From Eutreptiella sp. 'Long Island Sound 2002' (taxonomy: Eukaryota > Protista > Euglenida): 64,000 bases of DNA. Within the stretch, counting starts at the first letter, position 1; the number at the start of each line of letters is the position of its first letter. Both the position numbers and the translations under genes were made by a program. A model generated the notes under the pieces. It did no database searches and was not told where the DNA came from. It saw nothing but the letters and a program-made list of their open reading frames with translations. The stretch lies in NCBI GenBank assembly GCA_964036045.1, contig OZ038378.1, positions 6,510,001 to 6,574,000 on the forward strand, read 5' to 3'. Positions 1-13,498 of the stretch are shown here, in pieces.

Positions 1-2557
1 AACCTGTCCTTGGATGGTGGAAATGAGGTCCATGAGCCCTTGCAATGAATCCGGGGGTGATCCTTCGGGGGGGGCATACCACTTTGACTTGGCCGAGCGC
101 TTGAATTTGGGAATTCATGGTCCCAAGTCCACATTCACTTGTTTTCATCCTCCTGAAAGTCCAATGGCGCCGGTGGTCTCTTAGACGAAGGCTTCCACAA
201 ACTGAGCAGTGTGGGACAAGGCCCCATGAGGACCCCAACTTGTTCTATGGCATCGGCTTGATGTGGTACCCATTCTTGTACCACAATCCTTTCTTCAGGG
301 AGGCCACAATTGTTGACACACCTGATCCTCTCCAAGGTTCTATATCCCCATCCGAGCGGGGCTCCTAGGTGGAGATCCTTGGTGGATGGCCTCCACGAGG
401 GGGTGGGGGTACAGAGAGGGTGCTGAAGTTGGACTCCCCAGAAGCCCCTGAGATGGGGGATGAGGGGTTTGCCAAGTCGGAGGGGTGTGTCACGCTGACC
501 ATGTCCAAGTCCACGCCCCCCCCCCCCCTTCGATTTCACATCTTTTGGGCGGGCCATGGCTTGCCCTAGGCAAGGCTGGAGGCTGCAAAACATGTCATTT
601 TACGACGCCATGCATATGCTGTCACAACATCCCCGGTCCCATCCCCTACCGCAGGGTTGACTCAGGCTTCGACAAAAGCTTTCGGCACTTGTCTCAACAA
701 ACATGGCCATTTTCAGCGGAAGCGGTGATTTTGCATTTTTCAATTGGGCCATGGACGACTCCTGGAAGAGCTACAGGCTGCAAAACTTGTCCTTTTGCAT
801 ACCACCATGGCTATACTGTCACAACATGCCCAATGCTGCCCCACCAGAGGTGTACCATCAGTCCCCAAGCCACCAAACACGCTATCATAACAAAAACGGC
901 TGAATCCTGCAGAAACTGTCCAAGCGCTCCTCCCACACTGCCTAAGCAAGCCCCACTCATTGGGCTCCCACAAGTTTGTTTTGGGCTCAAAATCACAAAT
1001 TTTATTGCCGCTGGCAGCTCCACCTTGTATAGATCTGGTCAATAATTTGAGTTGATGACACAAGTGTAAGTAGACTTTGCACCAAGCCCTCACCTCTGAT
1101 CACCCAATGGCCAAATGGGGTGAACAGGCACAAAGCACAAAAACAGCGTCCGAAACATGCTTCACAACTTTTTTTGTGATCGGTGTGAGTGATCACAATG
1201 TCAGAAAAATCGGTTTTGGAGTTTTCAATTTCGGAGGTCTTGAGGCTTTGAAGCTGAAAACTGCTTCACCAGTTTGTGCACTATCCCCTTATCCCCCGAG
1301 CAAAAAAAGCCGAACGGGGCAAAAAAACAGATGGGGAGAGTGTTAAACATGCATTACATGTGATATTTGAGGCTTATGATTGGTTACAACATCAAAAATA
1401 AAATCAGTTTTGGAAAATTCTATTGGGAAGGTACTCCGTTGCGCTGCGCTTTCGGAATACGTCAGCCTGTAGGATGGATGCCCCAACTTTGCACATTGAG
1501 CGGGCCATCGTCTCTCCTTTGTAGAGAGTAGTGGTGGAAACAGATAAATGTGCCCCCCCCCCCCCCGCCCCCCCCGCCTTCTGACAACTGCATGATCTGC
1601 ATCCGTGCTGATTCCTTTTCGGCCCCAGAGGGGGGTTATTTTTTTCCATTTTTTGACGCCGCACATTTTAGGAAGTGAGTTTTCAGTGGAAGGGCGGGGT
1701 TCGGGGAGTCCCATCCAAAAAGAACTTTGGGGATGCAATAAGGATTTTACAACTTGTTAAACCCATATTCAACTCTTTGAGGTTTAGTACGCAAATTTGC
1801 CCAAAAGGAGTTACCATAGGGTCCCCAAAGCCAGCAAACTGAAAAATGCATAAACTACATAAAGCACCCATCCCACACCACTTAAGCAAGCTCCCCTATT
1901 CGCGGACCCCATAACAGGTTTGTCATACAGCTAACTTGCTACTGGGCGCTGTGCCTGTGCTGTGCAGAAACGCCCCCTAATGCTGCGAGCTTAGTGCACA
2001 GGACGTACATTACAGCACAGCCTGCACCAACAAAGCCACGGTACAACAAAAATGACAACAGCAGTGGTAATCATGTGCGCACATGGTCCCCCCCCCCCAA
2101 TACCGAGGCTTTCTGCCACCCCCCCCCCCCCCTCCACCAGTGTGGCTCCCGCAATGTGGCCGGGGCTTCCGGTGTTTGGGCGATTCACAATGAGAGCCTG
2201 ATGCTCCCATCCGAAATCACCTGACATAAGGTTCAGATTCCAAGCTTCTATGCTTACCAACAGGCCGTCATAAGCAGATGCTTGCTGACATACAATGCCA
2301 GCAGCACGCTCTAATGCACAAACACATGTTTTGTGGAGGCGGGCCTCCGGGCTGTGGACAACCGATGCTTGCCGTGGCAGTGTCTGCATCCAAGTGTGTG
2401 AAACCGGATGTACCAAACAGCAAACCTGCTCCACCTGCATGATTCATCCCCCCGACCCCCCAGCCCCCACCCTTTTTGTACCCTTCAAGGTGGGTTGGAA
2501 CATGTGCAATGCAAGTGCAATGGCCTGGTTACATCTGACTTGTGTTGTCTTTTGCAG

Positions 2558-2679
2558 CCTCGGGCGATGCATGGACAAAACACTCCTCGTTGACAACAGT
2601 GAGTGCGTATGCGCTGCAGATGTCAACAATTCAATCGTCATTGACGATTTCTTGGGGAGTGCAGACGACGATCTTCTTG
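2558..2679 (+). CDS. Single internal exon of an FCP1/SCP (NIF, HAD-type CTD phosphatase-like) protein; other exons not resolved
   Basis: ttttgcag acceptor at 2557 and G|gtatgc donor at 2680. Translation LGRCMDKTLLVDNSECVCAADVNNSIVIDDFLGSADDDLL fits the LGRDLxxxxxVDN...N.I.I..F.G...D..L C-terminal part of the NIF domain. Matched by eye, no HMM run. Confidence 0.5.
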
Positions 2680-5600
2680 GTATGCCCCAAAATCGGTGCA
2701 ATTTTGCCAAGCCTTTGTAACACTTGTGTCGGGTGCTTGTGCTGTACAGCCCAAAGGGGGTCTGTGGGAGGACTGCGGCCGCTGGCCGTGGGTTGACGTC
2801 GAGCACTACATGTTCTGCTGCAGTGTAGTGAGTCCGTGGGGCATACAGCCCGAGCAGGCGCTGTGAGATGGTCCCTGGCTGGCGGCACGAATCACGCATG
2901 TTCATGAATCCAGCCACAAGTCCACCTTTGTTGCCCATGTTCTGACGGCGGGCGTGTCGGGGTTTGGGGGGGTTGAAGCGTGCAACGGAATGCAATGAAC
3001 CTCGAGGATGCTTCCCCTCCCTCTGCAAGACGCAGGGGACAAGTGTCGGCTTGGATCTCCTGGCCACCGCCCTCTCGCCGTGCCCCCTCCATCTGCGACC
3101 CACAGCTGCCGTGTCCATTCTTTTGCCTCTCTGGCACCCCCTGCAATGCATTATTGTGTGGCAGTGTACTGAAAGCAGCGCTCATTGCCCAGAGCGGTGC
3201 AGACCGGCCTTTTCATTTGCTTTCATGGGACTCCGGCACAAAAAGCTGCCACTCCTCCGCTCGGCCAGCAGCGGCAAAGGGGGAAGTTGGCTGCGATGGT
3301 GAGCAGTGGGAATAGCATTCTGGTCTGACCTGCAAACCAGCGCTTTCCCTACCCACCCTTGGTTGGTCTCTGGGTGCCTGCGATTGTGCAGCCCTTCCCC
3401 CCCCCCATTGCCTTTGGATGGCCGCCAACCGCCAATCGCCACCAACCATGGTTGAACATATGAGCTACACGCGGTCTTTTCCACCGCACCCATCCCGCAT
3501 GCCCACAGACGAATTTCACCAATTTCCAGTATTTCCTCTGTCTACAGCCCGCTCTGGAAGACAGGCCAGACACGTTGAACCTGTGACCTCAGTCACGGCG
3601 CCCTTCTCTACCTAACGGTAGTGGCCCTGGGCATGCAGTGATGTCATTCTATTTCTCTGCAAGGGATGGAGGGTAGGCTCTCCGAAACACTTCGTGTGTC
3701 TGACACCAATGGCTTGAAGCAGCCTTGCCCTGTATCCCACTGCACTCGACAAGGAAAACAGTCCTGCGAGTTGTTTGAGTGGCGATTTTGATGTGTGCCT
3801 GATTTTTGGGTTCATCTCGTGTTTCAGTCCAACTGGAGAGCCTTCTCAAGGGGTTGATCATCAGCAATCAGCCCGTGCCCGAGTACTTGTTGCAGTGCAG
3901 ACAGGATCAGCGTCTGGATTTTGACGGATCGTTCCACCGGCTTTCTACAGGTTCTGCTTTGTCTTGGTGTTGACCCAACTGCTGTGGGATTCGTGGTTGA
4001 ATGGTGGCTGCAACTGTTGCCGCCGCCCACTTCAATGTGAGGCTGCGTAGCTGGTTGATTGTGTCTGAGAATTGGAGTATGAGTATAAATGGATCTGCTT
4101 CTTCAATCGCAGATTGCTTACAGGAGCCAGGGGGTAGGGCTTGTGCATGCGGGGCGGGATCAAAGGCGGTGAGACAGGATGGACAGACAAAAAGCTAAAC
4201 CAAAATTGTTGTTGTTATGTACGCTTAACAATGGTTTCAGTACAATGTGCACGCAATTTTTTTTTGACGAGAGAATGAAGACTTTTGACCTGCTTGTTTC
4301 ATAACTTGCCAAAGTCGATGATGCTTGTGGTCATGCTTCTGTTCCAGTCGAAGAACAACAGCGGCGAGCAGCAACAGAGTCAAAATAGCGCAAACACAAC
4401 GAAATGACAAGACCAAATTGCATTTTATTGAGCACACAATATCTGCACTTCTTTTCCACGATTTCTCAAGATAGGATTGTCTGAAAAAAGGTGGGCAGCG
4501 CTGCAGACATGTCAGGGATGGCAGTCATAAGTGGGGGCACTTGCATTTGAGGGCTGCGACATGCAACACCGTGTGGACTGGTAAGGGGTGTTTGGGCGAA
4601 GGCGGTGCATGAGGTGCCGGTGGGGAGGGGTTAAGAAGGGGCGTCTGGGAGGGCAGAGTCTCTCCGGAGGCAGGTATGGAGGAGGGGGCCAGTGGTATCT
4701 GGCACGGGGTCTGGGAGGCTATGTGGAAGAGAAGGAGAGGGAATCCCTGCAGCACACCGGCTATGGCCCAAAGCAGGACCGGCATGCAAAGCACTGTCGA
4801 TGCACTGTCGAAGCCCTTTGCGGATAACCGAGCCAGTGTGTTGGGTGGGCATTGTGCACGTGCACCACAAGCTCAATCACTCCCTGGGGTGATCCAGAAA
4901 GGGTGGGACAGCAGATGCCCAACCCCCAGGGGAGGACTGACCCCACGACGATGAATAATTGAATGGGACTGCACGCCTCTTTGTCTATGCAAGCCCATGT
5001 CCGTCCAGAAAAGCCCATGCCTGTTCTCACAAGGCGACACCTGCTACACAACGGCGTGCTCAGGAGATTTCTTTCTTCAAAACCGGTGGCACCCGATGAT
5101 ACGTGGCTCCGAACCATCAGGGTGTCGTGGGGTTCGCTGTGAGATATTTTTGTTGCGGAAGCGTGGACACCCCAACATAGAGCCCTAGTGGTGCCAAAAA
5201 GGATCAGAAAGCCTTCCCGCACACAGACCAAAAGTGGTCCTGAAGTCACTGTTCAGACGCAAGTCAGGTAGCAATACAGGTAGCAACACCAGCTGTTGTC
5301 TTTGCTGTGCAGCTGTGCAGCTGGCCAGACATGATGCACAAATGCAGAAGATCTCAACCCTGAAACACATGACCACAAGGCAAGGTTCTGCTGCTGCATA
5401 GTCGGGGTCTTGTACTTTGCCTCATGAGAGGCAGGCCAAATGTGCAGCAGCTGTTTAGCTAGGTAAGCCAATTGTCAACTGAGGGGATGCTTTTGCACGC
5501 AATGCATGTGATTCTACACAGTTTCCCACATCGACACGACCTGAACCCTAGTTTTGGGTTTTTTCCATGAGCTACTAGGGTTTTTGGAGGGAAAGAGAAT

Positions 5601-8600
5601 TTCATTTTATTGATGATATCCATGTGATAAGAATTTGTGCTGAATGGGGTGAAAGAAATGGTGTTTGGTGATTGTTGAGGCTTGGGCCGGCGCAAGTGAC
5701 ACATGGTTGTCATGCAGCAACGTGGGGGGATGCACTGTACATTTTGCGCACGTTTCACGCCTTTACACCCCCTGCCGCCTCACGTTTGGAGGTGGGTTGT
5801 CTCCAAATGTGCAGAGATGTTCGCCACCCTTGCATAATCTCTTGATAGATATGTGGTTGTACATCCTTTGAAGCTGATGTCAATGTCCACCTGGGCATTG
5901 CATTCAACCCACTAATCACAAATGTCATGCATGAACCAGACGGCCATACATTGCTGTTGCGTCATGAATGTACCAGTTGTCACTTGTTTCCCCGTCATCA
6001 TAATCCAATCTCCAGCAGAACCTTGTATTGTTTTGTGTCGGTACATTGCCTTGCTGTACAGAGGTGGTGAGTGGTTTCAGAGGGTTCCGATCTGGTGGGG
6101 TTTACCAAATATGCACGCAGTGCACACATGTTGCGCACATGGTGTGCACACAGGTGCAAAGGCATTCCCTGAGGCAGATGGGAGGTAGGGTTGCATATTG
6201 TGGGGTGTCTGTGCGATGATGGGGTGATGCCAGCTGGCATATCACAACAATCTTGATGGGTTTCCCTGCCAGTACTCTGCCACCACCAAACAAAAGTAGC
6301 GTGAAGGCTGCAGCCAAACCAATGCCTGTGGCAATCTTGCTTTCTGCAGAGAGTGACAAAGTCAACGATCCTGGTCAGAAATACTGGACGAATACGCTGG
6401 CGCAAGCCCTGTCCGGGAGGAATTGAACGGTGTCCACATCTGGTTTGGTCCCTGCCAGCCGTGATGCTGAAGGCCGTGCTGCAGATTGCGTGATGTGCTC
6501 CTTGTGTGCAGTGCCATGTGGTGTGGACAACAGAATTGCGATCATAGGAGCGGACTGCTTCGACCTACCGCCGCGTACTTTCGTGGTTTGGAAAGGACAA
6601 AGATCCTGGCTGCATTGGGGATTGTTTGCCGTTTTCATGTCGCCACATTTGGTGGACACCATCCTTCAGGAATCACGGTGCCAGTTGTGGAATCATTCAT
6701 TGCAGTGTGTACAATGCCCCAAAACCTGCCCAGGTTTTCAGTCTAAAAACAAATTTCGAGCTGGATGTGTCCCATTGAAGGGGGAACATTGAATCACAGC
6801 ACACATTTCTGGAGAAAGTCATTGCCCCAAAGCATCTATGTTGGGACGCATTTTGTAGTTACAGTGTAGATGTCTCCCTGTCGCACTGCAGCACTGCAGC
6901 AATGAACGTTGATGTGGCTCAAAGATTTGGGTCTCCGGTACTAGCCGCAAGCGTAACATATAGGGCAGAAGCAGTAGAAGCATCCTTGGTTCGCACGGCC
7001 ACACGGGAGCTCAAAGCAGAAGTTGAGCAAAGCCCAACTGGATACTGTCCGCCGAGAAAGCCCAGCATATTTACAGCGATTGCGTAGGGAGCGGCCAACC
7101 ACTGCAAACCTCACCCCCCCCCCCCCCCTCCGCCCCTTCCTGCCCCTCAGCGCTGGCGGGAGGGTGGGCGCCACAGTGCCAGAATGCTGCAATTGTGAGC
7201 AGTGTGATAGACATTCTACTTTCACCCACAAACTACGCCGTCCAGCCCCCCTCTCAGAACTGACCTCCACTGTCAAGCAAGGCGCACAAGAGACATCGCA
7301 CTGGACACCGGTGTGCTAGACGGTACCCGACCGACGTGTATGGCCCCCGTGGGCTCTGAGTAGCCGGTGGAAACAGGAGTGGACGGCCGCAGCAGCCTCA
7401 GGAGACCCTCAGGGTTATCACTACACTCCAACCCATCACATGCCCCTTGGAGCAGGCATGAAACACGGGTATCATCCATGTTTTACACCCGTCAGTCCGT
7501 CCACCTGTTGTCTCAAAAAGTCATATAAAGCCGCCTGGACACATTCGATTCGTTTGCTTGCCTTGATGGCATGTCCCACCCGCCCGCCTTGGCTAACAAG
7601 GAAAGTATAGTTAAGAGTAAAGCCATCCCGCAGGGGTGGATGGCCCCAGAGAAACGCTCCACACTGCAGACCGAAATTGTGGCGGCAGTGTTTCTGTACT
7701 GGGAGGACACTGCGGAATAGGGCCATCCTGGAAGGTGCGGTGCAAACCTTTGATTACAGTATGTCAGAGCCTCAGGGACTGCCACATCAGTGCCAGCCCT
7801 TTTAAGAATACTAAACTCTAACAGACGGAGGTGATGCATATTTTACTGACCAATCCGGACATGCCCATGTGGTCTAACCTGAACACTTTTGCTCAGTAGC
7901 CTCTTGATGTGCTCCAGCTCGCTCTGCTGCCCCCTATGTTGAACGTGCGACCACTGTTTTGCGTAGTCGTGCATAGTATCGCTTGTCGCCGGTGGTCAGG
8001 CCGTCCTCTCTTTCGCATCAGTGGAAAAAGAGGGACCCCCTTCCCTCCCCGCCTGTGGCCCCGGGGCGCTGCATGCCAGTGCCCCTTGTAGATACACTCA
8101 GCTTAGCGGCTGATGTTTCTCCTGATCAGGGCTTCTGTCACCTCTGAGTACATTTTTGATCCGCAATGCAGCAGTTTCCAACCTTTGGAGTGTCTGGCAA
8201 GGATGCGATGGCAAAAGTGTACATTAAAGCCCGCGGGAGGAGTGGAATATGGAAAGACTTGCAGACCTATGCTCCGGGTGCAGGATCCTTTTCATTCTGT
8301 AGATGTAAATAGCGCGTGCCATATACTTTGCAGTGACCATCGTTCAAAAAGTTATTTAGACTAGAATTACTCAGAGGCATAACCAAAGGCTTAGGTAGAA
8401 CTTGACCCAACCGTCAGTGGATTTGTGTTCAACAACTGTTGAGTCTACGATATTGCGTTTCGAGCCTTCAGCTTTTGCTTCTTTTAAAGTTGGGTGCAAG
8501 AGTTGAAGGTGTTTAGGGCCCGTGTGGTCCGCCAGGGCTTCTGCACAGGATCTGAACATGGGTGTCTGGATGGCGGGAGAACTGGGCAGCCGTGAACATT

Positions 8601-10974
8601 GTTGCACCCAAATGCCGTAGGCTTCATTTGGCGTCATGTCTTGTCCCAATGGGGTATCAGAAAGGGATTATGAGGGCGGACCGGACCGGAGCCCCACATC
8701 CACACACACATGCCGCCTACCATTCCTCCACCCACTCACCATGCCTGTTTGGCTGCATTTCGGGGCGGAGTGACGATCATTCAATACCTTTCTTTGACAA
8801 GGTGTTGATTTGTGCATTTTTTGTATTTGGCACGATTGCATATCTGGATGTTGGCATTCTTGCATGTGATCGTGTTTTCTGCATACAGTCTCTTTGCATC
8901 AGGAATTTGCTGAATGAGGGGGTGAGTAGGGGGTTCTTGCGCAGCACTGCAATTCTGGCACGATACCCAATGTCGATATTGGTGGCTGTTTGAATGCTGG
9001 CGTCCGGTGCAAAATCCTTAGATCCGGGAGGACGGCGCATAGGTGGTAGGGCCAACCAGACAACGAGTCTGAAGATCCGGAACAATCTCGAACAGTTTTC
9101 AATGTTACCGGTCAGTGAAAAAAAAATTCCTTAGATCCGAGTGGCACTCAATCAGGGACTCGTCCCCAATGGGAGACCAGTTTTGCCCAAAGTTTGTGGA
9201 CCTCTTTTTATGTCAATGAAGAAGTAGAGCGCAGGTACACTGGGACCTACTGGACAGGCGGCTAGAGGACCTCAGGTTCCAAGCAGCCGTTGTTAAAGGA
9301 ACTGAGTTTGTCAGGCCCTGGAAGGAAAAGATTTCCGTGGCTGCGATGGAATTTGCCGGGAGCATCTTGAGCCTTGCAAAGATGCAATATATGGTGCTCC
9401 GGCTGGACAACCAATGGCACCAAAGGACATTTCAATCAATGCAACCTGTGTTGCTGTGCTCCCTCTACCGAATCCTGAGGGTGGTTTTCCGCCCTTCCAG
9501 GATCCTCTGTCTATACCATGGCTGTGGGAGGCAGCACAGGGCTTGCTCAAGTTGCTTGAGAATGCAACCAGGTTGTTTCCAGCACAAGTTGACTCACTAC
9601 AGGAGCAAAATTTGGACTGCGACTGTGTCCGTGTACCACTGGATATCCGGTGCTAGTGGGGTAACCATGGCCCCCTGGTGGACCGCAGACGTCGCGCCAT
9701 GCAATGTATCAGCCCGTCAGGGGCTTATTGAAGTGTGCCGCAACCTATGCAACTGGTGGCAAAGGACGGGCCATAGTGTCAGCCCCGTGCTGTGTGATGT
9801 AGATCTGGATTTTAGAATCCACAAGCTGCATTACAGTGTGACTTACACAGCTGTGGACACAAAAAATTTCATGCAGCACACACCACTGCTCTTTGGTTTG
9901 TGGCGTGCCCATAAGTATTGTTAAACAATGTGCAGGCCACCCGTGGAGCTCTGTTGCACATGGTTCGTTGGCAGCCAAGGTATGACCCTCCTTCAGTTTT
10001 GATAACCATTGCAACAGCCCCATTTCGAATTGAAATTAGTACGGATGGTTACAGATGATGGGCATCCCAGGAACACAGTGAGTTTTTACCACACCCTTCA
10101 AGTAGTCTGGGAAGGCCATGCTGTTGCCGTATTGTGGTGGCGAAGCTTTTGGGATGTATCTTGGAGGGTCAAGATTAGTTATCACAAAAAGCACATGAAC
10201 TGCTTTCAGTGAAGTCGCTCGAGGTGGACACAGCAAATGTGGGGAGATTATTTGTGATTGTTGAGGGCGGGGTTCATCTGAGTGTTGATGACAAGAGGTT
10301 GTCATGCAGATAGGCAGAGGTGGCCTTCGGTTTTGGCTTTGGAGAAGGACAGCAGCTGAGGGGCTCTGCTCTTGAAATGTCACCGAAACTGACTGATCCT
10401 AGAAACCTAACTGCACATGTCCTGATCAGGGGGGGGGGGGCGTTCGAATTTTTGACACGGGGTATAGTTTGGCCAAACTACCCCATTTTTTCGATGGGGC
10501 TGAAAATTATGGTTCATACCCATCTTGCGCATTTCACCCACGTTGTGCAGCTCTATTTTTTCCCCCACAGGTGTGGAATGCCACTCCTCAGCGTGCCGTA
10601 ACCCTGCTTGTGGTTTTCCCACCTCCTTAGTCCTCTCTTGTGTGTCACCGACCACCCCACAGCAGTACTCCCTGCCCCAAGCAAATAGTGACCCGTTGTG
10701 CCTGAATTGCCTTCCCCCTACCTCTCTCATAGCGTATGAAATGCATCTCGGCCTTCAGTCTTCACACCGCTGTTTTCTTCAGCCTACAGTGATTGTGCCT
10801 CATGCACACTGGGAAGCCTACAGGCGTGGCAGTCTCCTGCATAACCTGCATAACCTGGTTTCAGACTCAGCAAATCCTCACTACGTGTCAGATCCGCTAC
10901 CACAAGTCATTTGTGTGATCATCGTAGCACTGGACAGCTGTGAACCTTGATTGCGAGGGGTTACCTCGAGTACT

Positions 10975-11023
10975 GTGAAGTGAGCAGGCTACACCAGCTC
11001 ATCTTGGTCTGCGCCGAAAAAAA
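10975..11023 (+). mobile_element. Short hairpin + oligo(A) repeat, copy 1 (candidate mini-retroposon or LINE 3' end)
   Basis: GTGAAGTGAGCAGGCTACACCAGCTCATCTTGGTCTGCGCCGAAAAAAA is near-identical to 60706-60755 and has the same 5' boundary. Confidence 0.5.
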
Positions 11024-11070
11024 TTTTCACCAATATTGTGCAGCTGCTTTGATTTCTCTCCACCCTAGGA

Positions 11071-11460
11071 ACCACAAAGCGCCCGAAGGAAGTTTTTGTC
11101 CACTCTGAACACTATCCTTAACCCCAATCCTGACCCTAGTACCCACCCCAACCCTAAGCCTAGTCCTACCCCTACCCTGCCCCAAACCTTAACCCTACAC
11201 CTACACCTACACCTAACCCTACACCCAACCCTAGAGTTAGTGTTGGGGCCCAAAATGAGAGCAATGATGTGACAAAAGGCAGCCATGAACAAAATTTTGA
11301 AGGTCTTGTTCAGCCTAACCAACATGGCTAGCATGGCCCAACCCGCTAGCTGCAAAGGTTAGGGTTCGGTTTAGGGTGATGGTGTGGTTAGAGGGAGGGC
11401 AAGGGGAGGTTAGGGGAGCGTGTGATGAAACAGCGCTTGGCCTTGGGGGTATGTAAGCCC
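11071..11460. mobile_element. Dispersed repeat carrying degenerate CCCTAA-type then TTAGGG-type tracts, copy 1
   Basis: Colinear with 53263-53393 plus 54540-54830. Shared unique parts include cccgaagga...ttgtccact, gtgttgggg.ccaaa..gagagcaatgatgtg and gcttggccttggggg. A C-rich hexamer tract spans ~11118-11233 and a G-rich tract ~11358-11420. Confidence 0.75.
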
Positions 11461-11909
11461 CCCCCCCCAATCTCCCCTCCTGGATCCCCCCTTTCAAAGG
11501 TCCTATGGCCGACAGTTAGTTGGGGGGGGTGGGGGGTTGCTGTCCAAACCCAAGGGGGTGGCCCCGCCCATGCGTCACAGGGTGCTGTTTCACTCCGCTT
11601 TTGGGTCAATGGTGAAAACTGTCCTATTTTCCGGCGGCCAGTTTTGAAATGTGCAAAAAGTACCCAAACTGCCCATTTTTTCCAGCGAGCTGAAACATTG
11701 TGTTAACACCCCCATGTGCAAAATTGGAACGCCGCCCCCCCCTTGCCCAGGATTGTCTGCAGGGATCAAAAAGCAGATCTTACAACAGCAAATCTTCATC
11801 GTCTTGCACTAACTTCCCTACACCTGACCACCCCTCTCCATCTATGTTCCTCTTTCCCCGTCTTTCTTTGCCTCCTCGATGCAACTACGCGTAAGAGGGA
11901 AAGAGATGG

Positions 11910-12340
11910 GTGGACGTTTTGAAGGAGGAGACTTGGCGCCTTTATTTGTTGATGCGCCATCGGGCAGTTCCGTACCAGGGCAAGCCCAAATCTGTAGTCG
12001 CAATAGAAGGGAGCAAGGCGCAACGACACATTTTAGCAAGGTCAGGTTTAGCGCGATACAGCGCACCATCAGTGAAAGCGAGGGCTGCAGTCAGGTTGCA
12101 AACAACCTCGGACAAAATATACCAACAATGGGTTGTCTTGTGGATGGACAACTGTATAACAAGCAGTTTACGACAAACCCTAACAAGAACGACAAGTCCC
12201 TTAACGCAACAGCGCTGGCTGTCTTGCTCCTGCGTGATGCACCACGCTACTGGCATGGTCATCCTAACCTTGAAGACCTTGAACGGCGCGTTCCTATTGT
12301 GGCGCGTATGTTAGCGAACACGGAGGGAGCGCGTAGATAA
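11910..12340 (+). pseudogene. Frameshifted coding relic, possibly transposase-related (DUF6589-like WxxxxDN...S motif)
   Basis: Two overlapping ORFs join with one frameshift near 12150 into ...WVVLWMDN/YNKQFTTNPNKNDKSLNATALAVLLLRDAPRYWHGHP. The family assignment is from memory of motif shape only. Confidence 0.3.
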
Positions 12341-12424
12341 GACTGAAGAGTGCCGTGCTTGCGGCCTCTGTGGCTGGGACAAAGTCAAACCTTGAAGACT
12401 CATCGACCAGTTCAACTGCACATG

Positions 12425-12810
12425 GAGAGTGCGTTAGCGCGCCGGGCACGCCCCGGGCGCACTGGGCAAAGTTTTCCCATGCTTTGGTGTGGCCCTTCGA
12501 GTTGGGGTTAAGGACTCCCACTCTTCGGTCTGGCCACTTGAGTGGTCCGTCGCGCACAAGAGGGGGATTCTTTGATTTTGAGGTCGGTGACCATGATGGG
12601 GCCTACAAGGGTAGGGTGCATGTGATCGTCCCATTTGTTTGGCAAAAAAATGGGGATTTAATTGATCACCAACAATCATACAATGTGCTTGTGCTTAGGG
12701 TTCTTGGGCTAGAGGAGGGAGTGATGTTGGGGGTAAAGCATTGTGATGGATGGCTGGAACATTCATTTGGATGCGGGCGTGCCAGGCGCGCGCCGGGCAA
12801 ACATACCCTC
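12425..12810. mobile_element. Non-autonomous TIR element, C-NNN-G target family (PHIS/Harbinger-like)
   Basis: Termini GAGAG...CCCTC; 3-bp duplication ATG in context C[ATG]...[ATG]G; GCGCGCCGGGC boxes near both ends. Confidence 0.6.
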
Positions 12811-13498
12811 ATGGTTTGATTTGTGGTAGGACATCCCACCAAGAAGGGAACACAGTGGTTGCGTCCATCGCTCTATGGGGCCAATGGCTGGAAGTGCCTC
12901 GGCAGTGGCATTCAGTCAATCAAAGGCCATGGATCCCCGACAAGGTTATGTTGTGTGCCCACACCATGTTGGCCACACCGCCTGGCCCACGGCGTGTTGG
13001 CCCCTTGGCCCAGCCAGCTGGGCGGGTGGTCACCACGTGGTGGGCACGGCTGCTCGGGGTGGCTGACACATTGCAGCTCCACGGTCCCCCGTCAACCCTT
13101 TCCGAAGAATCACACATACACACACACAGGTCCGAAAAGGAGACCGTGGCTCATTGATCACTGATGGCACCGTCACCCTGCATGTCATGTCTTATGCCCA
13201 ATCAGTGCAGCCACAGAAGTCGCGTTTCCTACTGTGCGCGTTGCATGCGGTGCATGTGCGGTGCCCTCCCAGGGGATGTGTGCCCCAACCACGTCTCGGC
13301 TCCGCAGGGCCGCCCTTCCTCTGCTGACATTTGGGCACAGAGTCTTGTGTGCGCCAAAAGCACAGAAGCCAAAGGATTAAAATAAGACTAACGGAGAAGC
13401 AAAACAGAGAGACGCAACCCTGTTCTGCTTTTTTGGCATGTGCAATTGTGGTCTCATGTCATTTATGCACCAGGGCTCTTTGTTTCTCTGGCACACCG

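Noticed and set aside
3600-9930. Several protein-like fragments on both strands (3612-4030, 6430-6700, 6902-7090, 8371-9000, 9213-9655)
   Set aside because: Short, frameshifted and without diagnostic motifs; cannot be supported as genes or as named elements.
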